From Nageia nagi (Eukaryota; Plantae; Pinophyta): a stretch of 64,000 nt of DNA. The notes below the pieces were generated by a model that searched no databases, was not told the origin of the DNA, and saw nothing but the letters and a program-made list of their open reading frames with translations. The DNA lies in the NCBI GenBank assembly GCA_050084985.1, contig JBITNC010000001.1, forward strand, positions 112,158,001 to 112,222,000, given 5' to 3'. Positions 40,321 through 54,299 of the stretch are shown here, one piece after another; positions within the stretch are counted from its first letter, which is position 1, and the number at the start of each line of letters is the position of its first letter. The position numbers were made by a program, and so were the translations under genes.

Positions 40321-41950
40321 TTCCCAATCCTAATACATCTAATAGATGTCTTAATACACATAGTAAAATAATAGTTTTCAACTACATCATATAAAATATA
40401 AATCAATAAATAACAAATCATGCATAAGTAAATAATTTTGATAAATTCCTCAAATACTCATTTAATGTATGTACATTTTAAAAATAAGATAATCCATATG
40501 TTAATTATCATTGTTTTATAGAAGATATTGATGTAGAAAAAATATAACAAATAAAATTAAATATTACCATGATCATTTTTCTCATTGTTTTTGAAAATAA
40601 TAATATTTAAATAAAACTTAACCTATATGTATTTTAATGTCTAATCTTACAATAACATATTTTAAAAGATAGTATTTAAAATGAACAACATTTATGTTAC
40701 TATGGAATTTTTTAAATAACTATATTCTATTCCTTTCTAGTTGCTACCTTTTTATTATTTGATAGGTAAAATAATAAAATAGTTTGTTACCATTGTTAGT
40801 TATATGATGTATTTATCTCCAAAGCTTTTTTGTTACTTTGGCATTGGAATAAGCAAAAAATATATATTTTATGTAGCTTTTGAATGAAATGAATAACTTT
40901 TGAACTAATTGAAACTAATCATGCATGTTTTATTCTTTGTATGGTATGTAGAACTAATCCATGAAACATGTGTGAGCCTAGTACTATTTAAGACAATAAA
41001 GGCACCAAATTTCATAACTCTTTCCCATTTTTCAAATACTAAGTGACATAGTTTAAAAATTTAACATGTTTGGGGTATCTATACTTTTCTTGATGTTGTC
41101 CATAGAAAGCAAAAAATAATTAAAAAAATAAATCCAAAGGTTAAAAACCAAAAAAGGAATTAAAAATTTAAATCCAAAGGTTAAAAACTATTTCATGGTA
41201 GGCCTGATCTCTAACAAATTTAAAGCCATGGATTTAAAAATGAGCTTCAAAAGCTCAAAGGGGACATCTACAACCTAATGAAATAATATATTTTAAAGAA
41301 TTATAGTTAGAGATTAAAAAAAATAAAAATACAATTTATTTTTGAATTTAACTTTCAATACATTTTGAATTTTTATTTTACTAAATCTAACATTAATTTA
41401 AATAATTGTATAATGATTCATCATCTATATGCTCTTTTTATATTTTTTTTATGATTATTTGCCGTCATCTTGTAAAATATAAAGACTTACAAGTGAATAT
41501 TAATCAATATTCTAAATAGTAATAATGATATGATATATAAAGAATTAGAATAAAATTACACATAAGATCATCACTATCATACCAGCAACAAAATATATCT
41601 AATACTTTGAAATATAATTTATCTAATATTTCATATTTAATTTAATTATGTTGGTAGTCCACCTTATAAGTTTTGAGAAAGTAAGTTCAAGTCTCCTACC
41701 CCAACATAATGAGAAAAAAGTATCCTATTCCCTTATGTTGACAATAGAAATAATAAATTATAATAAAATATCATATCCATTCTCTAATGTTGAATTAGCC
41801 TTCAAGTTAAAAATTGAGTTTCAAATTCTAATCCTCATGCTAAAATAATTTACAATGAAAAAATGATATAGCTAAATGAATCTAGCTTATACACCCCTAT
41901 CACTTCTCATTGATAATTTATAATCATGGAATTTGAACAATGGACACAAT

Positions 41951-42074
41951 CTATAACCCTATGTATCTATCGATGAATGTAGTGTTCTCTTTAGAATTCC
42001 TATTATCCAAGGCATGCCTAAATTGATTGATGTTGAGAGTTGTATAAAGTTGTGGATAATGGTCATCCACAAGT
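41951..42074 (-). pseudogene. 2ODD paralog C, 3' fragment
   Basis: LVDDHYPQLY..SQ..FRHALDNRNSKENTTFIDRYIGL*, homologous to the 2ODD-A and 2ODD-B C-termini. Confidence 0.7.
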
Positions 42075-43355
42075 AAAGTATGAAAATAATATTTACAATA
42101 CATAGAAATGTAAAATAAGAATAGAGAAATATGTTGCTAGATTTAAGAGTATTGAGATTTATTATTGCATAAGAAAGATATTATAATCACAACATGGGTC
42201 TGTTTTACAACACCCAATCCAACAACCTTCCTACATAATAAATATCCTCTCTTAGAATATACAATGAGGAGATTACTATCAAATTCATGCTTCAATCTAT
42301 GAAATAGCCTTTTATGCAAGTATTTATATATAAATCTATTTACTCTTAGCTTCTAAATTAACTTTATAACTCCAATGAGTTTATAATGCAAAAAGTCATT
42401 CAACTTCTTCTATTCTAGTTTGGACAATAAACATTGATACTAGGAAACTTGTATAGAGACCTGAATAAAATATAATTTAAAATATTACAATCATACTAAG
42501 TTAAGATCTTAAAATAAGAAGTTAAAATACTCTTGTATCCCTAGCACTGGTGCTATGCTCAACATTACCAATACTGAACAATATATTTCTTCTAGGTCTA
42601 AGTCAAGTTGAGCTTCCTAAGATTGGTGTTAAGTCATGCCAACAAGTTAGAGACTAACTCATAGACCAAACTATGTCATATCAATTGTAAGATAATCCTA
42701 AATGATGCTAACATCTCTTTCCACTATTTATTGAAATACTGAGGTCCTTTTTTTCTTATTGATTTCATTTCAAATTAAAATATGATGCAGTGTTTTAATA
42801 TTATAATACATATTTATTGAATAAGAAATTAATGTACTAGGCTAGTATGAAAATTGATATTAGAAATTATATTTTAAAATGTTTAACATCCCAAAAGGAT
42901 AAATTTATTGATTATTCTAAATTTAAAGTGATATTTGATAAATATAGGTTTCAAATATTCCAAAGAGTATGATATTATTTTAGTATTTGTAAATAATTTA
43001 ATTAATATGATATACTTGATATGTTCAAGATTCAAAATAAGCATCATTGATATTACATATATTTTTATAAAGTAGTTAGGTTATATAACATGCTTAGGAC
43101 AATCAACCTATCTAATGTAAAGGTAAAGGTAAAAGTTAAGGTAAAATATATTAACATTTACTTAAAATAAACCATCTATGGGATAACTATAATAAAGCAT
43201 TACATAACATGTATGCCTCTACTAAAAATGGAACATAGAATACAACTAATATTAAAAACATTACATGATTAGGCCAACCAATGATCTAGCTTACACACCT
43301 CTATCACTTTCTCATTAACAATTTGAAAATACAAACTTTGAATAAGTTGCACAAT

Positions 43356-43948
43356 CTATAATCCTATGTATGTATCAATAAAGATAGCCTTCTCTTTAGG
43401 ATTTGCATTCTCTAAGAAAGTACACCTAAATTGGTTCAAGGTGAAAGGTATATAACATCTTGGATAGTGGTCATCCACCACCTGAGGAGGAGCCCAAATA
43501 TCTTTCTCACCTAGGAAATGCATGCCACACACCAAAGATATGTGATCTATCCATCCTTTTAGAATTACTCGATCCTTCGTGCTTCATAGCCTTTTGTTGC
43601 TCTATGCCCTACTTTCCTTCATTACTTTATAGCCATAAAAATATTATATCAACACCAATAACTTATTCCTAAGGTTAAGGCAATCAATAATATTGATAAC
43701 AAATGAGTTCAATTGCAACTTCACATCCAACCACTTTCTTTCTTGGATCAAATTTGGAGGTCACCCTCATTATCTATGTGTAGGATTGTAAAGATCCCAT
43801 TATCTCTATGAGAAATGAGAGCCTCTTCCTGTATAGATTTTCAATCAAAAGTATAATGAGTGATACACATTGTATACATCCAATTTTAGAAATTAGATTC
43901 ATAGAAATGTTAGATGTCCAAATCAAGGCTTGCAAGAGACCATGCCAT
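43356..43948 (-). pseudogene. 2ODD paralog A, decayed copy with a ~500-bp internal deletion
   Basis: Colinear with 29534-30110, then jumps to ATGGCATG at 43948. Flanks 43150-47220 duplicate 29320-35850 without the kinase module. Confidence 0.9.
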
Positions 43949-46900
43949 AGTAGAAATTTTGTGGTAGGGAAATGATTGAAATGATATACAAAATAGAAAA
44001 AAGTATCACATGATTAGCACAGATGATGATTTATTAGGAAAAGGGTGAGTTCATTCCCTCATACACTTATAATATATAGATATAAGAGGTGTGAAAAATA
44101 AAATTTACCTTCAATAGATTATTGAGAAATTTTTCAAATTTAAACACATTTTTATCTCCTTATAATTAATAGAGAATGTATTATGATGCAAATTTTTATG
44201 CACATGTTTAATAGATAGAAAAATATTTCATCTCCATACAAATCACACCACTTTAGTTAGTCAATAAACCCCAAAAGTCTTTAAGAAGCATGTGTATCTC
44301 GAGTGATTCAATTTTTTATGTTCAATTTGTCTTCTTTATTTGTATTATGGACATACCTAACAATCTCACACTATTCCATCTCCATACAAATCACACCACC
44401 TTAAATATATTGTAAACCCCACCACTCACTAGATTCCATCTCCACACACATCATTCATCTTTAATTATTCAATATATCACACTCTCTTAAGTTGTATTAT
44501 TTATTTGTCATAAGTCTTACATTTTTTAAATTAAATAGTGAATATTTTATAAGTAATTATTTTTTAAATAAATTATTCTTTCTATTTATCTTAGGTTTCA
44601 AACCAATGGTTAAGTGGCATCCATGCCATGGAAATTCATTTAGGGAATGATCCTTTCATCATTTTCACTTACCATAACTCGAAAAGATTTTATATATCAT
44701 GTATATGAGGTGAAGAGATTTGAGCTACCTTTTTTCACTTGAGAGTTTTAGCAACCTACTTTCTCACCAACTCCCCTCACAACTACTTGTAGTAATAAAT
44801 CATAATATACTTGATTTTAGATACCATGAATGTGAGGGGGAGATATTTGACCCTAGGTCCTATCTCTTTCCAATTGAGGGATTGTAATGGTTTACATGAA
44901 ATATTGAAAATTGGATGATGTACATTTTTTTTTTACAAATTGGTAGTAATGTATACAATACATGTGTATTAGGTTAGATGGATAATTAAATATTTATATA
45001 TCTTGTTATCAGAATAAGTAATATATGAACACATATTTTAACTTACATTCAAAGGTAAATTATTTTTGTATTCATTTTAATCTTATGAATAATTAGGGTT
45101 TGCACTTCTTTTATGCAATGGAAATGTTGAAGAGGTTAATAAGTAAAATAATCATTATAACAATCATTTCATATGACAAGATTACATTTTTTATTTCATT
45201 TCATTCAATACTTTTTACACATAAAAATTCATTTACCAATTTACACATAAAAGATATTACCATCCAATTCGAGAATTCAATTTATTGATAAAAATAATGA
45301 ATTGTTGTTATTTTAATGTCATGTTAATTATTAATAAGCATTCAAATAAATTTTAACAATGATTTTTATAAATTATTATGAATTTTTAAAATATATACTA
45401 ATTATGATCAAGAATATATAAGTGTTCTCATTTTTTTTCATTTGTTTTAGTGATAAGCATTGAAATAAATTTTAATAAAGATTTCTATAAAACATTATGA
45501 AATTTTAAAATATATATCGATGATGATCAAAAATGTATAACTTACATAACAAGAAATAATTTTTACATATAAAATTCATATCACCATCCAATCCAACAAT
45601 TCTATTTATTCATAAATTGAAACATGAAGTTTTTTCTATTATATATCTCTAAAGCAAAATAGCTTTGAATTCTAAAAATTAGAAATAATAATGTTAAATA
45701 TATTATAAATGTATCTTGTATAATTGATAATAAATAAGGCCATTATGCAATTTTTTTCTAAATCTTTGATATTTTTCCAAACATATAGCATATGTTTCCA
45801 TATTTCTGAGTTTATCCAACATTAATTGGAAGCTATTTCTAGCAACATAATAATCTACTTCACAAAATCATAGACTTTGTGTGTGGATAGGAAATTCAAA
45901 TAAAGATATTTGTAATGATGGTTGAGTAGCAAAAAATTGGAGGATGGTTGTACAGGTGGCATCAAAAAGAATTTTAACATTTTTAGTTGTCTCATTGGAT
46001 TGATACCACCATTGTTCCTATTATAACATATATGTTACTAGTGGCTTTGATGGAGCCATCTATCTCTTTTACATAGGATTCCTAGCTACATAGCATAAAT
46101 GTACAAGACCTTTTTAAATTATTTACAATATATAAGATATGTTTTATAGACAACATATTGTATATGGGAAATAAATACATGATTTAAACATTTTTAATTC
46201 ATTCCAACATATTAATAGCTTACACTCACTACTAAGTAATGAAAACTTTATGAATAACATGATAGGTAGTTTCAATTTAAATAGTTAGAGAAAAATATCA
46301 TACATTTAAAAAGTAATCACTCATTCTCAAACTAAAGATATTTATCACATTGAATGTATATAATTAAAATTTACAATGATACATCTAATAATTTATGAAG
46401 TCTAAGATATCTAGTAAATGAAAGACAATAAAATTGATTGAATGTTTGAGATATATCATAAAAGATAGTAGAAGGTATACAATAACTAATCTATATAATT
46501 TTAACTATGGGACACCATGCATTAAAAATAAAATAAAATAAAAAATAAAAAGTTATGTATATAAAATAGGAAAAATCATCATATGGTACAAGTAGGTTAG
46601 ATGGAAATTCTAAGTGAATTTGGAATAAAAAAATACCTTTACACATAAAAGATACACTTACCTATTACCCCTTACCTAAAAATTATTTTCCCCTATTCTT
46701 AAAAATAAAATTATGCCCCTCCTCCCCACCCAAAAATATACTACTTAACTTGTCAAGTGCTACAAATGTGCCTCCTTACCCTTTCGAGCTCTCCTAAACA
46801 CCAAGTGACATGAAGAAGTAGAGATCAAATTCCCCTCCACCCAACACATTTATGTTGGGTTCTATTAAAATTGTTTCTATAGACTCTTGCATTATCAAAA

Positions 46901-47115
46901 ATCAAATTAATTTTGAAACTCAGAAGGTTACTACTATCACTTAAATTTGAAATACTAATCATGGCAAGAAGATTTAAAATTATATCTCATATGTTTCTCA
47001 TTTATTTTATTATATGATTTATATTTATCATGAAATACCTCCTTTTTTAACTTGTTTTTTACTTGGTAGGTCTAGCAAATATAACCATAATTAATTATCA
47101 AGGAAACTACATAAT

Positions 47116-47223
47116 CTACACACCTATATATCTCTCAATAAAATTTGCCTTTTCTTCTTTAAAATTTTGCCTCTCTATGAGATATTCCATAGATTGGGAG
47201 AATGTGAAAGGCCTATAACATCA
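47116..47223 (-). pseudogene. 2ODD paralog B, 3' fragment cut by Copia LTR sequence
   Basis: Homologous to 35740-35847. Confidence 0.75.
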
Positions 47224-47359
47224 TGAAAATGTTCATATCCATTCCCAAGAATTACTTTTATGCTTCAAGCTCTATCTCCATTCTTGGCATCACTTTTATT
47301 ATTCAAGCTCTATTTCCATTATTCAAATTTTCTTTTTCTAGGATTTGTTGCACCCAACA
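47224..47359 (+). repeat. Partial Copia 5' LTR
   Basis: TGAAAATGTT..TCCATTCC..ATTACTTTTA..CTCTATCTCCATTCT..GCATCACTTTTATT matches the right half of the LTR at 1315-1627 and ends CCCAACA. No clear PBS follows. Confidence 0.6.
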
Positions 47360-47572
47360 CTTACTACATTTGAGATTTTCTACCTTCTAAGCTTTGGCTA
47401 TTGATAACACCCACTATTTTTGGTAGATGATGTTATCATTTGAAGCCTAGAACCTTGGGTTTTCTTATAATTCATTTTTGTTCCTATGCAATGACATTGC
47501 TCTTACTCTAGAATCTAGATTAACATTACAAAAAAGTCTTTCTAAGATATTTATATACTAGAATTAGATTCT

Positions 47573-48914
47573 TGTTGATGGAAATTATGTAATATATATG
47601 CTATTGGATAATTCAACCAAAGTATATCATGAACAAACTAACATAGTAACCTGATCTTTGGAGTAGGCTAGTTCCTTATCTATTAGGTGCAAATGAAAAG
47701 ATCAAGTAACAAGAAAGAAACAAAAGAGGTTAGAGTGTGAGAAATCAAGCAAGAAGGATAGGGAGTAAGAATAAAGTAAGAAGTGGATCACTAGTTTAGT
47801 GCAAGGTTTCACATAGCATGAAACTTTGGCAAGAATCTAGTGTAGCAACCATGGTGTAAGCTTTCATTCTCTAAATTATCCTTTAGCTTAACTCTACCAT
47901 ATAAGTAGACATTGTTATACCAACAACTTATTGTTATCATTCAAGAAATATCCATTACTTACCATAATATAACTAAATTAAGAATAATAACACCAAGTGT
48001 TAGATAAGAAAGGTCAAGATGGCATTGTATAATTGATAGAATAAAAGGTATTTGAAAATAAATACAAGGGGCCAATACTATGGATTTCAACACTTTCTTC
48101 TCTCTCTTCAACTAAATTTATACTAGGCTAGAGAGGTTACAGAATGATTGAAACAAAATAGTTACAAAATGGCCCAAATATTCTACCCTTCTTTTAATAA
48201 ATAGATATCTCTGCCACATAGCATTTTATTTCTAAAAGTTGAAAGATTTAACATTGTAGCTACCTTTAAATTATGATGAGCATGTTTCTTGGGTGCTATT
48301 TGAACCTATATTACAAGTACAAAAGATTCTTTGATTGATTGTGATGATTTTAGAGTTTTTTCATCTCCTAGTGGTTATTTCAGACCCTTCTCAATCTTCA
48401 ACACACATTTCAAAGTCTTTTGCTAAAGTTTTACCTAGGTGAAGATTCCTTTTGTTACATCTGACATCATCAATCTATAGACTCTAATTATGAAGGTTTT
48501 TATCACTTTTTAAGGTGAAGCAAGTAACTTTGAGGGATGTTATATTTGCTCATGATGTCATCCTTTTCCATATCTATTCTTTTGGCCAAAGTGGGTTTCA
48601 CTTTATTTTACTAATATTACATCCTTTTATGCTTTGGAACACCTAACTCAGCTACCATAGAACTTTTAGCATTACTTGCTAACATCACTACTCCTAGAGT
48701 CTAGTTTTAGATGAAAATAATACTTGCCTCTACTCTGCTGACATCACCTCCTTTCATGTCCTAGAACACCTAACTCAAATACTACAAAATTTTTAGAATT
48801 ACTTGCTAACATCACTACACTTTGAGTCTAGTTTTAGATGAAAATAATACTCACCTATACTCCATTGACATCATGTCTAGAGATTGCTATAATTAGTGCA
48901 TTTTCTCATCAAAA
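47573..48914 (-). repeat. Gypsy 3' LTR (~1.34 kb) with an internal ~127-bp tandem duplication (48621-48873)
   Basis: Termini TGTTGATGGAAATT...TGCATTTTCTCATCAAAA (inverted). About 85-87% identical by eye to 58904-59990 over a 180-bp sample. Confidence 0.85.
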
Positions 48915-51900
48915 CTATTTGGAAACTTGCTAGAACATTCTTCTTTAGACAAATAAGAACAATATGCACTAGGAAACCACTAGGGTGTTTGGCTATGTAT
49001 GCATATACATTTTGGCAACATCTATTGGAAAATTTCACCTTTCATATAAGAAATTTTTGACCCAGCACAAAACTTTGGAAGAGGAAGGGAACTAAGCTTC
49101 AATTCTATAAACTTGGGAATTGATGAACCTTTCCCCAATTTAAATGTGTTCTAGATAAGTCCTTTAACCTTGAATGAGCTAAGGCTATAGTGTGCAACAC
49201 TTCATAAGACACTTGCCCATGTTTTTGCAACAATTATTATAAACTAATCCCAACATGTACCCAAGAATCAAAGAGTTTTAACAAATTTACCTCATCTAAA
49301 GAAGATAGTAGTGCTTCCACATCATCAACCTACTTACTAATTTTCTAAATATTTTCTAAAAATTCTAATTTTGAGACTAGTGAGTCATGAATCTTCCATA
49401 ATTTTAGGACTCCCAATGTAGCTAATTTTTGCAACTCTATCTTTAAATTCTCTGTTCCTTGCAATTAGTTCAACACATTATTTTGGATCTCTTGATAGAC
49501 CCACTTTCCTCGCATTGGGTAATTGATTACTACCATGAATTCAACTAAATCCCCAATATTTAGGGCCTGTAAACCTTTATTGGAAATTTCATCAATTTGT
49601 TGTTTGCTTTCTTGGCTTTCTCTAATATAGAAGAGAGGATACTCTTGCTCTTATTGATATCTACCTCAAGCCCTTTTAATTCCAACAAACACATTTTGAC
49701 ATGATCCTTAAGATGAATCAGGTCCTTGATTTTGTGGGAGCTTTGTTACCAAAATTTCTCCTATATGGCTAATAAGAAATCCTTATCCACTTTGTACTTG
49801 CTCATGCTTTGTTGGCATTCAGACTATTAATCATTGAGCCTATTGATGAAACTTATGCTATCCTTGTGGTTATTTCTACTTGTTTTTTAGCAATAGTGGA
49901 ATCCTTTTTTTCATGCTAGCAATAGTAGGAGTGAAAGCTAAACTTGGCCTTAAAATAGTATATTATTATCGATAGCTTTCAGCTTGATATTTTGAGTAAC
50001 CAACTACTTTTTTATCACTTCATGAGCCTTTTGAAGCTTGTTATACTTCACTTCTAACTTGGTTAACTCTAATATTTTTAGATCCATGGTAGTTTGCAAC
50101 AACTCATTCTTGTCACTCTAGGTAATGCTTCTCATATCTATTATCACTTAGGTGTTCATGAAAGTTAAATCACTTTGCCCTTCCTGGAGATCCTAGGCTA
50201 TAGCTATCTCTAGCATTTTATTTTTTGAATCTAAAAAAGTTTGAATCCTTATCAAATTATTCAATGTTGGGATTTTCTTCATTAACCTTTGCATCCATTC
50301 TTATTCATTACTCTTCATTTGTTGGTACTATTGCATAATACCATTAATGGACATGTATTGCCTATATATAATGATGAATGGGGAATTGACACTCAAATCT
50401 TAGGAAAGGGATGCCAAACCTTATTTTATTGATGTTGCATGATTGGCTTGGCTAGATCCTTGGTCACTACTACTAATGGAATTTATTGGGATTAGTGGTG
50501 CTAATGATGGTGGGGGCAATGATGGTATAGTGATGATATCAGTGAGAGGAGTAACAGGGGAAATCGATGTGGAAGGGGTAGGATTATGCCATTGGAAAGG
50601 TAGCAGTAACACCAAAATTGGTTGTACAATGGGTGTAAGAGAGTTCATCACAACTATAGAAAGGGGAGCTTGCATAGAAATTAGTATGATAGAGTTTATT
50701 ATGTAAGTATCTAGAAGAGAAGTAGAAGGAGGAGAAATAGAAAGCATATCTATTGGAGTGGGGGTCTTCCTCTTATTCTTAGCTGAAAGGGGGGCCTTCT
50801 AATCTTTCCTCTTGGTTTTATAAACTCCTCATCCTTTTGATGTCTCTTGTATAGCTTTTCTAACCTCTTCTTTAGCATGCTCTTATTGCATAATTCCTTG
50901 AGCTTCTAGCTAATCTTATTCTTCTTTGTCATAATCACTTCCAGGATACTTTTCAATAGGGACCTCTAAAGGGTGTTCCATCTTCCACATATCCTCCAAC
51001 ACATCATCAAGATTAGACTCAAGGGGAGTGAATTTATTCCTTTATTCAATTTTATATTAGTTAAATGTAATAATTTTCTCTTCACTCCACTTAAGCCTTC
51101 TCAATGTAGCTAAAGATTTTTTTGGAATTGAATCGATCCTTGGATTAAAAACTACTTTCATTTCATAGAAACTTATCTCTAGTAGTAGAAAATCTTTACC
51201 AATCAATGAAATGGGTTTTGATCTATCCTTCTCTTCTAGATTTCTCCATTGGTCCAGCTTTGGTTTGGCTTTTGCTTTGAAACTAGGAGTATTGGGCTAT
51301 TTTTTGAACCTTTTACCAAACACATCTTTAGGATCATATAACTAATATTGATCAATCCTTTTAAACTTCAACCTAAGAAGCTTCTCCTTTAGTTGGTAAC
51401 CTCCTCCTCTACTTTGTAGTACCAATTCATGCACTTTGTGAGGTAGAGCATAGATCAATCTCTTCTTTATTGTAGCTCCATATTTGGATCTACATAAACT
51501 ATTTGCCTTCCATACTCTATATTGAAGATTTAGTCAATGACATGTATAGTTAATAAGAGAGGGAACCTATAAAACCATAATGTCTAATGAATGTTCCTTC
51601 CTCAGCAAAGAACCAATCTCTAATCTCACAATGAGGCATCTAAAGATCTAATTTTGATGCTTTTGACACCCTTGCAATTTTGGGAGCAAATAGACTCATG
51701 GATGGAATTAAAAAGTTTTCCTCAAAGTTATAGTAATTAGCTAATGACCTTACTTCCTCAATCCATTTATCCACATTCTTGAGGGACCCATCTCCTTCAT
51801 GCTTAATTAAGGTCAATTTTTTCAAGAATTTCAAATTTTAATGAATTACCAATGAAACAATATACGATGCATATGCAAAGTGAGATCCTTGATCAATTTC

Positions 51901-52760
51901 TTCCAATTGTTTAAAAATCCTATATGAAATAGCAATAGCCCAATCATAAATGGTGGGAGTATTTAGGTGAGTGATTTGGTAGGCTATGGGAAGCTTCACC
52001 AGTGAGATATATTTATCTGACTTCTCCCCTACTACTATTGATAATATAGATAACAATAATTATAGCTACAAGGAGAAACTAGATAACAACAATTCAAAAT
52101 TTGGAACTTGTAAGAAATTCATAGCACCATCAACATTTTTGTTGATCCAAGATGTTAATCCTCATATTTGAGCTTGTTCTTATATCCCAATTTATCAAGA
52201 TAGGGGGGGAGAATGGGGTAGGTGGATTAAAAGTGCTAGCTAAATACATGGAGTCTAGCCTAAAAACTACCCTTTCCTATAAGTTTCTTACAATCTTCAT
52301 TGTAAGATCAAATGCCCCTTTGATTAGCTCTATTAACTTTAGTATTGGAAAACATTTATGGAAAATAAAATACATAAACCCTAACCCCATTGGTGTGTGA
52401 CTAATATGATTAAATCCAAAAATAGGACACTTACCTTATATGGTGTCCCTTGGATTCTTATTTTGAGCTATTATCTTGATGTCCCATAGTAACTCCACTG
52501 AATCCACAATCTTTTTAACTACGCTTCCCATAGTTGGCACCATATTCCTTTTAGACTGTTCATCCAAGTATACTTTGCTTTGACCTAAGGATTCTAAATG
52601 ACTCTTTGCATTTTTTGGCTCTATTGAAGACTGGGGACTCAGATAATTATTACTCTTCAAAAGTTTTAGAGTTTGTATGTTTTGAAATGCACCACCTTCA
52701 CTACTTTTATTCTTAAATTTCCATGCCTTGCATTTGTTTCTTAATTCATACAACATAATT
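48915..52760 (-). pseudogene. Decayed extra 3' ORF region of the Tat element
   Basis: Successive minus-strand ORF pieces (52436-52756, 51838-52056, 51640-51834, Pro/Ser-rich 50421-50747, then Lys/Glu/Gln-rich coiled-coil-like text) between integrase and the 3' LTR. Confidence 0.55.
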
Positions 52761-52923
52761 GCTGCATCATTTGCATTAATAATAGATTTGATGCTCTAAA
52801 GCTTTTCCTAGGAAATTTGATTCTAATGATACTAAACATGCCTTAAGTCATTAATGTTATCATTGAACAAAAATGTACTGCTACTTTAGAAATTAAATGC
52901 AAAATAAATCATATTTATAATAT

Positions 52924-54200
52924 TTATAATGGTAGTACATTCTCTTTTAAAAGCATTCCTTTTTCCCATGTGACCATGTAATGTTTCAAATGTTTCCTAT
53001 TTAATAAAATTGGTAGCTTCCACCCATTTAATATGGCTATTTTGAAAGCATTTCTCCCAATGCCTTTAGCTATGATGTATGGTCCTAACCATAAAAATTC
53101 AAACTTCTTATGCTTTCTAGGTTTGGCTCTATCTTCATCCCATTTTAAAACAAGATCTCCTTCTTTGAACATGTTTGATGAAGCTTTTCGGTATCAAACC
53201 ACCTCTTTACAATTTCATTTCTCTTCTATAAATCTAGATACACCTTATTTGGGGAGTCTTCTAGATGTATTAGTTCATTCATTTGTACTTGAAGTGGTTC
53301 AAATTCTTCACCATATTCTTGAAGTATTGTCAAAGTAGGAAGCTCTATATGACTTGGTAGCAAAGCCCTTTTCCCATATACCAATGCATATGAACAAGTA
53401 TTGATAGCTACTTTTATAGTGATTCTATCCACCAATAATGCCTAATTCAAATTCTAATGCTAGGTTTGGGAATTATCGTTTATGTTTTTCTTAAGGATCC
53501 TTAACAAATTCTTATTTATTGATTCAACCAACCCATTACCCTATGGATAGTAATTTGAGGAAGTCTTCTAGTAGATCTCATATCTCATAGCAAAATTGGT
53601 AATATCTATCCCTACAAATGCCAATCTTGTATCAAAAGTGATTGTTTAAGAAATTCCATACCTAGTAATTAGCTTTTTAATGAATTTTAGAATAGCTTTT
53701 TGATTTACCTCTTTCATGGCTTCCACTTCCACCCATCTGGTGAAATAATTGATGGCAATGAGAATGAATTTATGTTCAGTTATGGAATTTGGATTAATAA
53801 TTCTAATAAATTCTAATACCTATTATTGAAAAGGTTCTTCCACCTAAATTGGTTCTAATGGTAAAGTTGCCTTTCTCTTTCTACTTACAAACCTTTGACA
53901 TTTCTCACAACTTTGAACCTTTGTAAAAGCATCTATGAACCTAGTGGGCTAGTAATAACCCACTTGAATTATTTTACCCACTATTTTATAACTACAATAA
54001 TGACCTTTGGATGCCCTAAAATGAAATTCTTTAATCAATTTTGCTATCATAGATGAAGAAATACACCTTAGTAATACTCCATTATGATTTCTTCTATAAA
54101 GCACTTGGTTAATTTTTGTATAATTTTGGGCATGAATTTTAAATGTTCTCCTTTGTGATATGTTAAAATGCATGGAGAGTTTACCAAATTTAAAATACCT
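52924..54200 (-). pseudogene. Gypsy integrase remnant
   Basis: LLRCI..EFH...GH..GYY*P..CEKCQ (HHCC); YFTRWVEV; YYP*GNGLVESINKNL; FKEGDLVL..WLGPY (GPY/F). Confidence 0.92.
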
Positions 54201-54299
54201 ATTTAATAATCCCATCTTGTAATTTTCCTCTATACCTAGTTCCCAATCTAGAATTACTTGTTTGGTGAAATACACAATATCTTTTCCTCCTACAACATC

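Noticed and set aside
1-47223. Fungal RIP as the cause of the C-to-T excess
   Set aside because: Gene content is plant, and the changes concentrate at CG and CHG rather than CpA.
1-47223. Defined Helitron, MULE or CACTA termini bounding the repeated unit
   Set aside because: No convincing hairpin-CTRR end, long TIR pair, TSD or transposase/RepHel sequence was found by eye. Kept only as a hypothesis.
50421-50747. Pro/Ser-rich ORF as an extensin or arabinogalactan protein gene
   Set aside because: It lies inside the Gypsy element, in line with other extra-ORF remnants, and has no signal peptide or SPn repeats.
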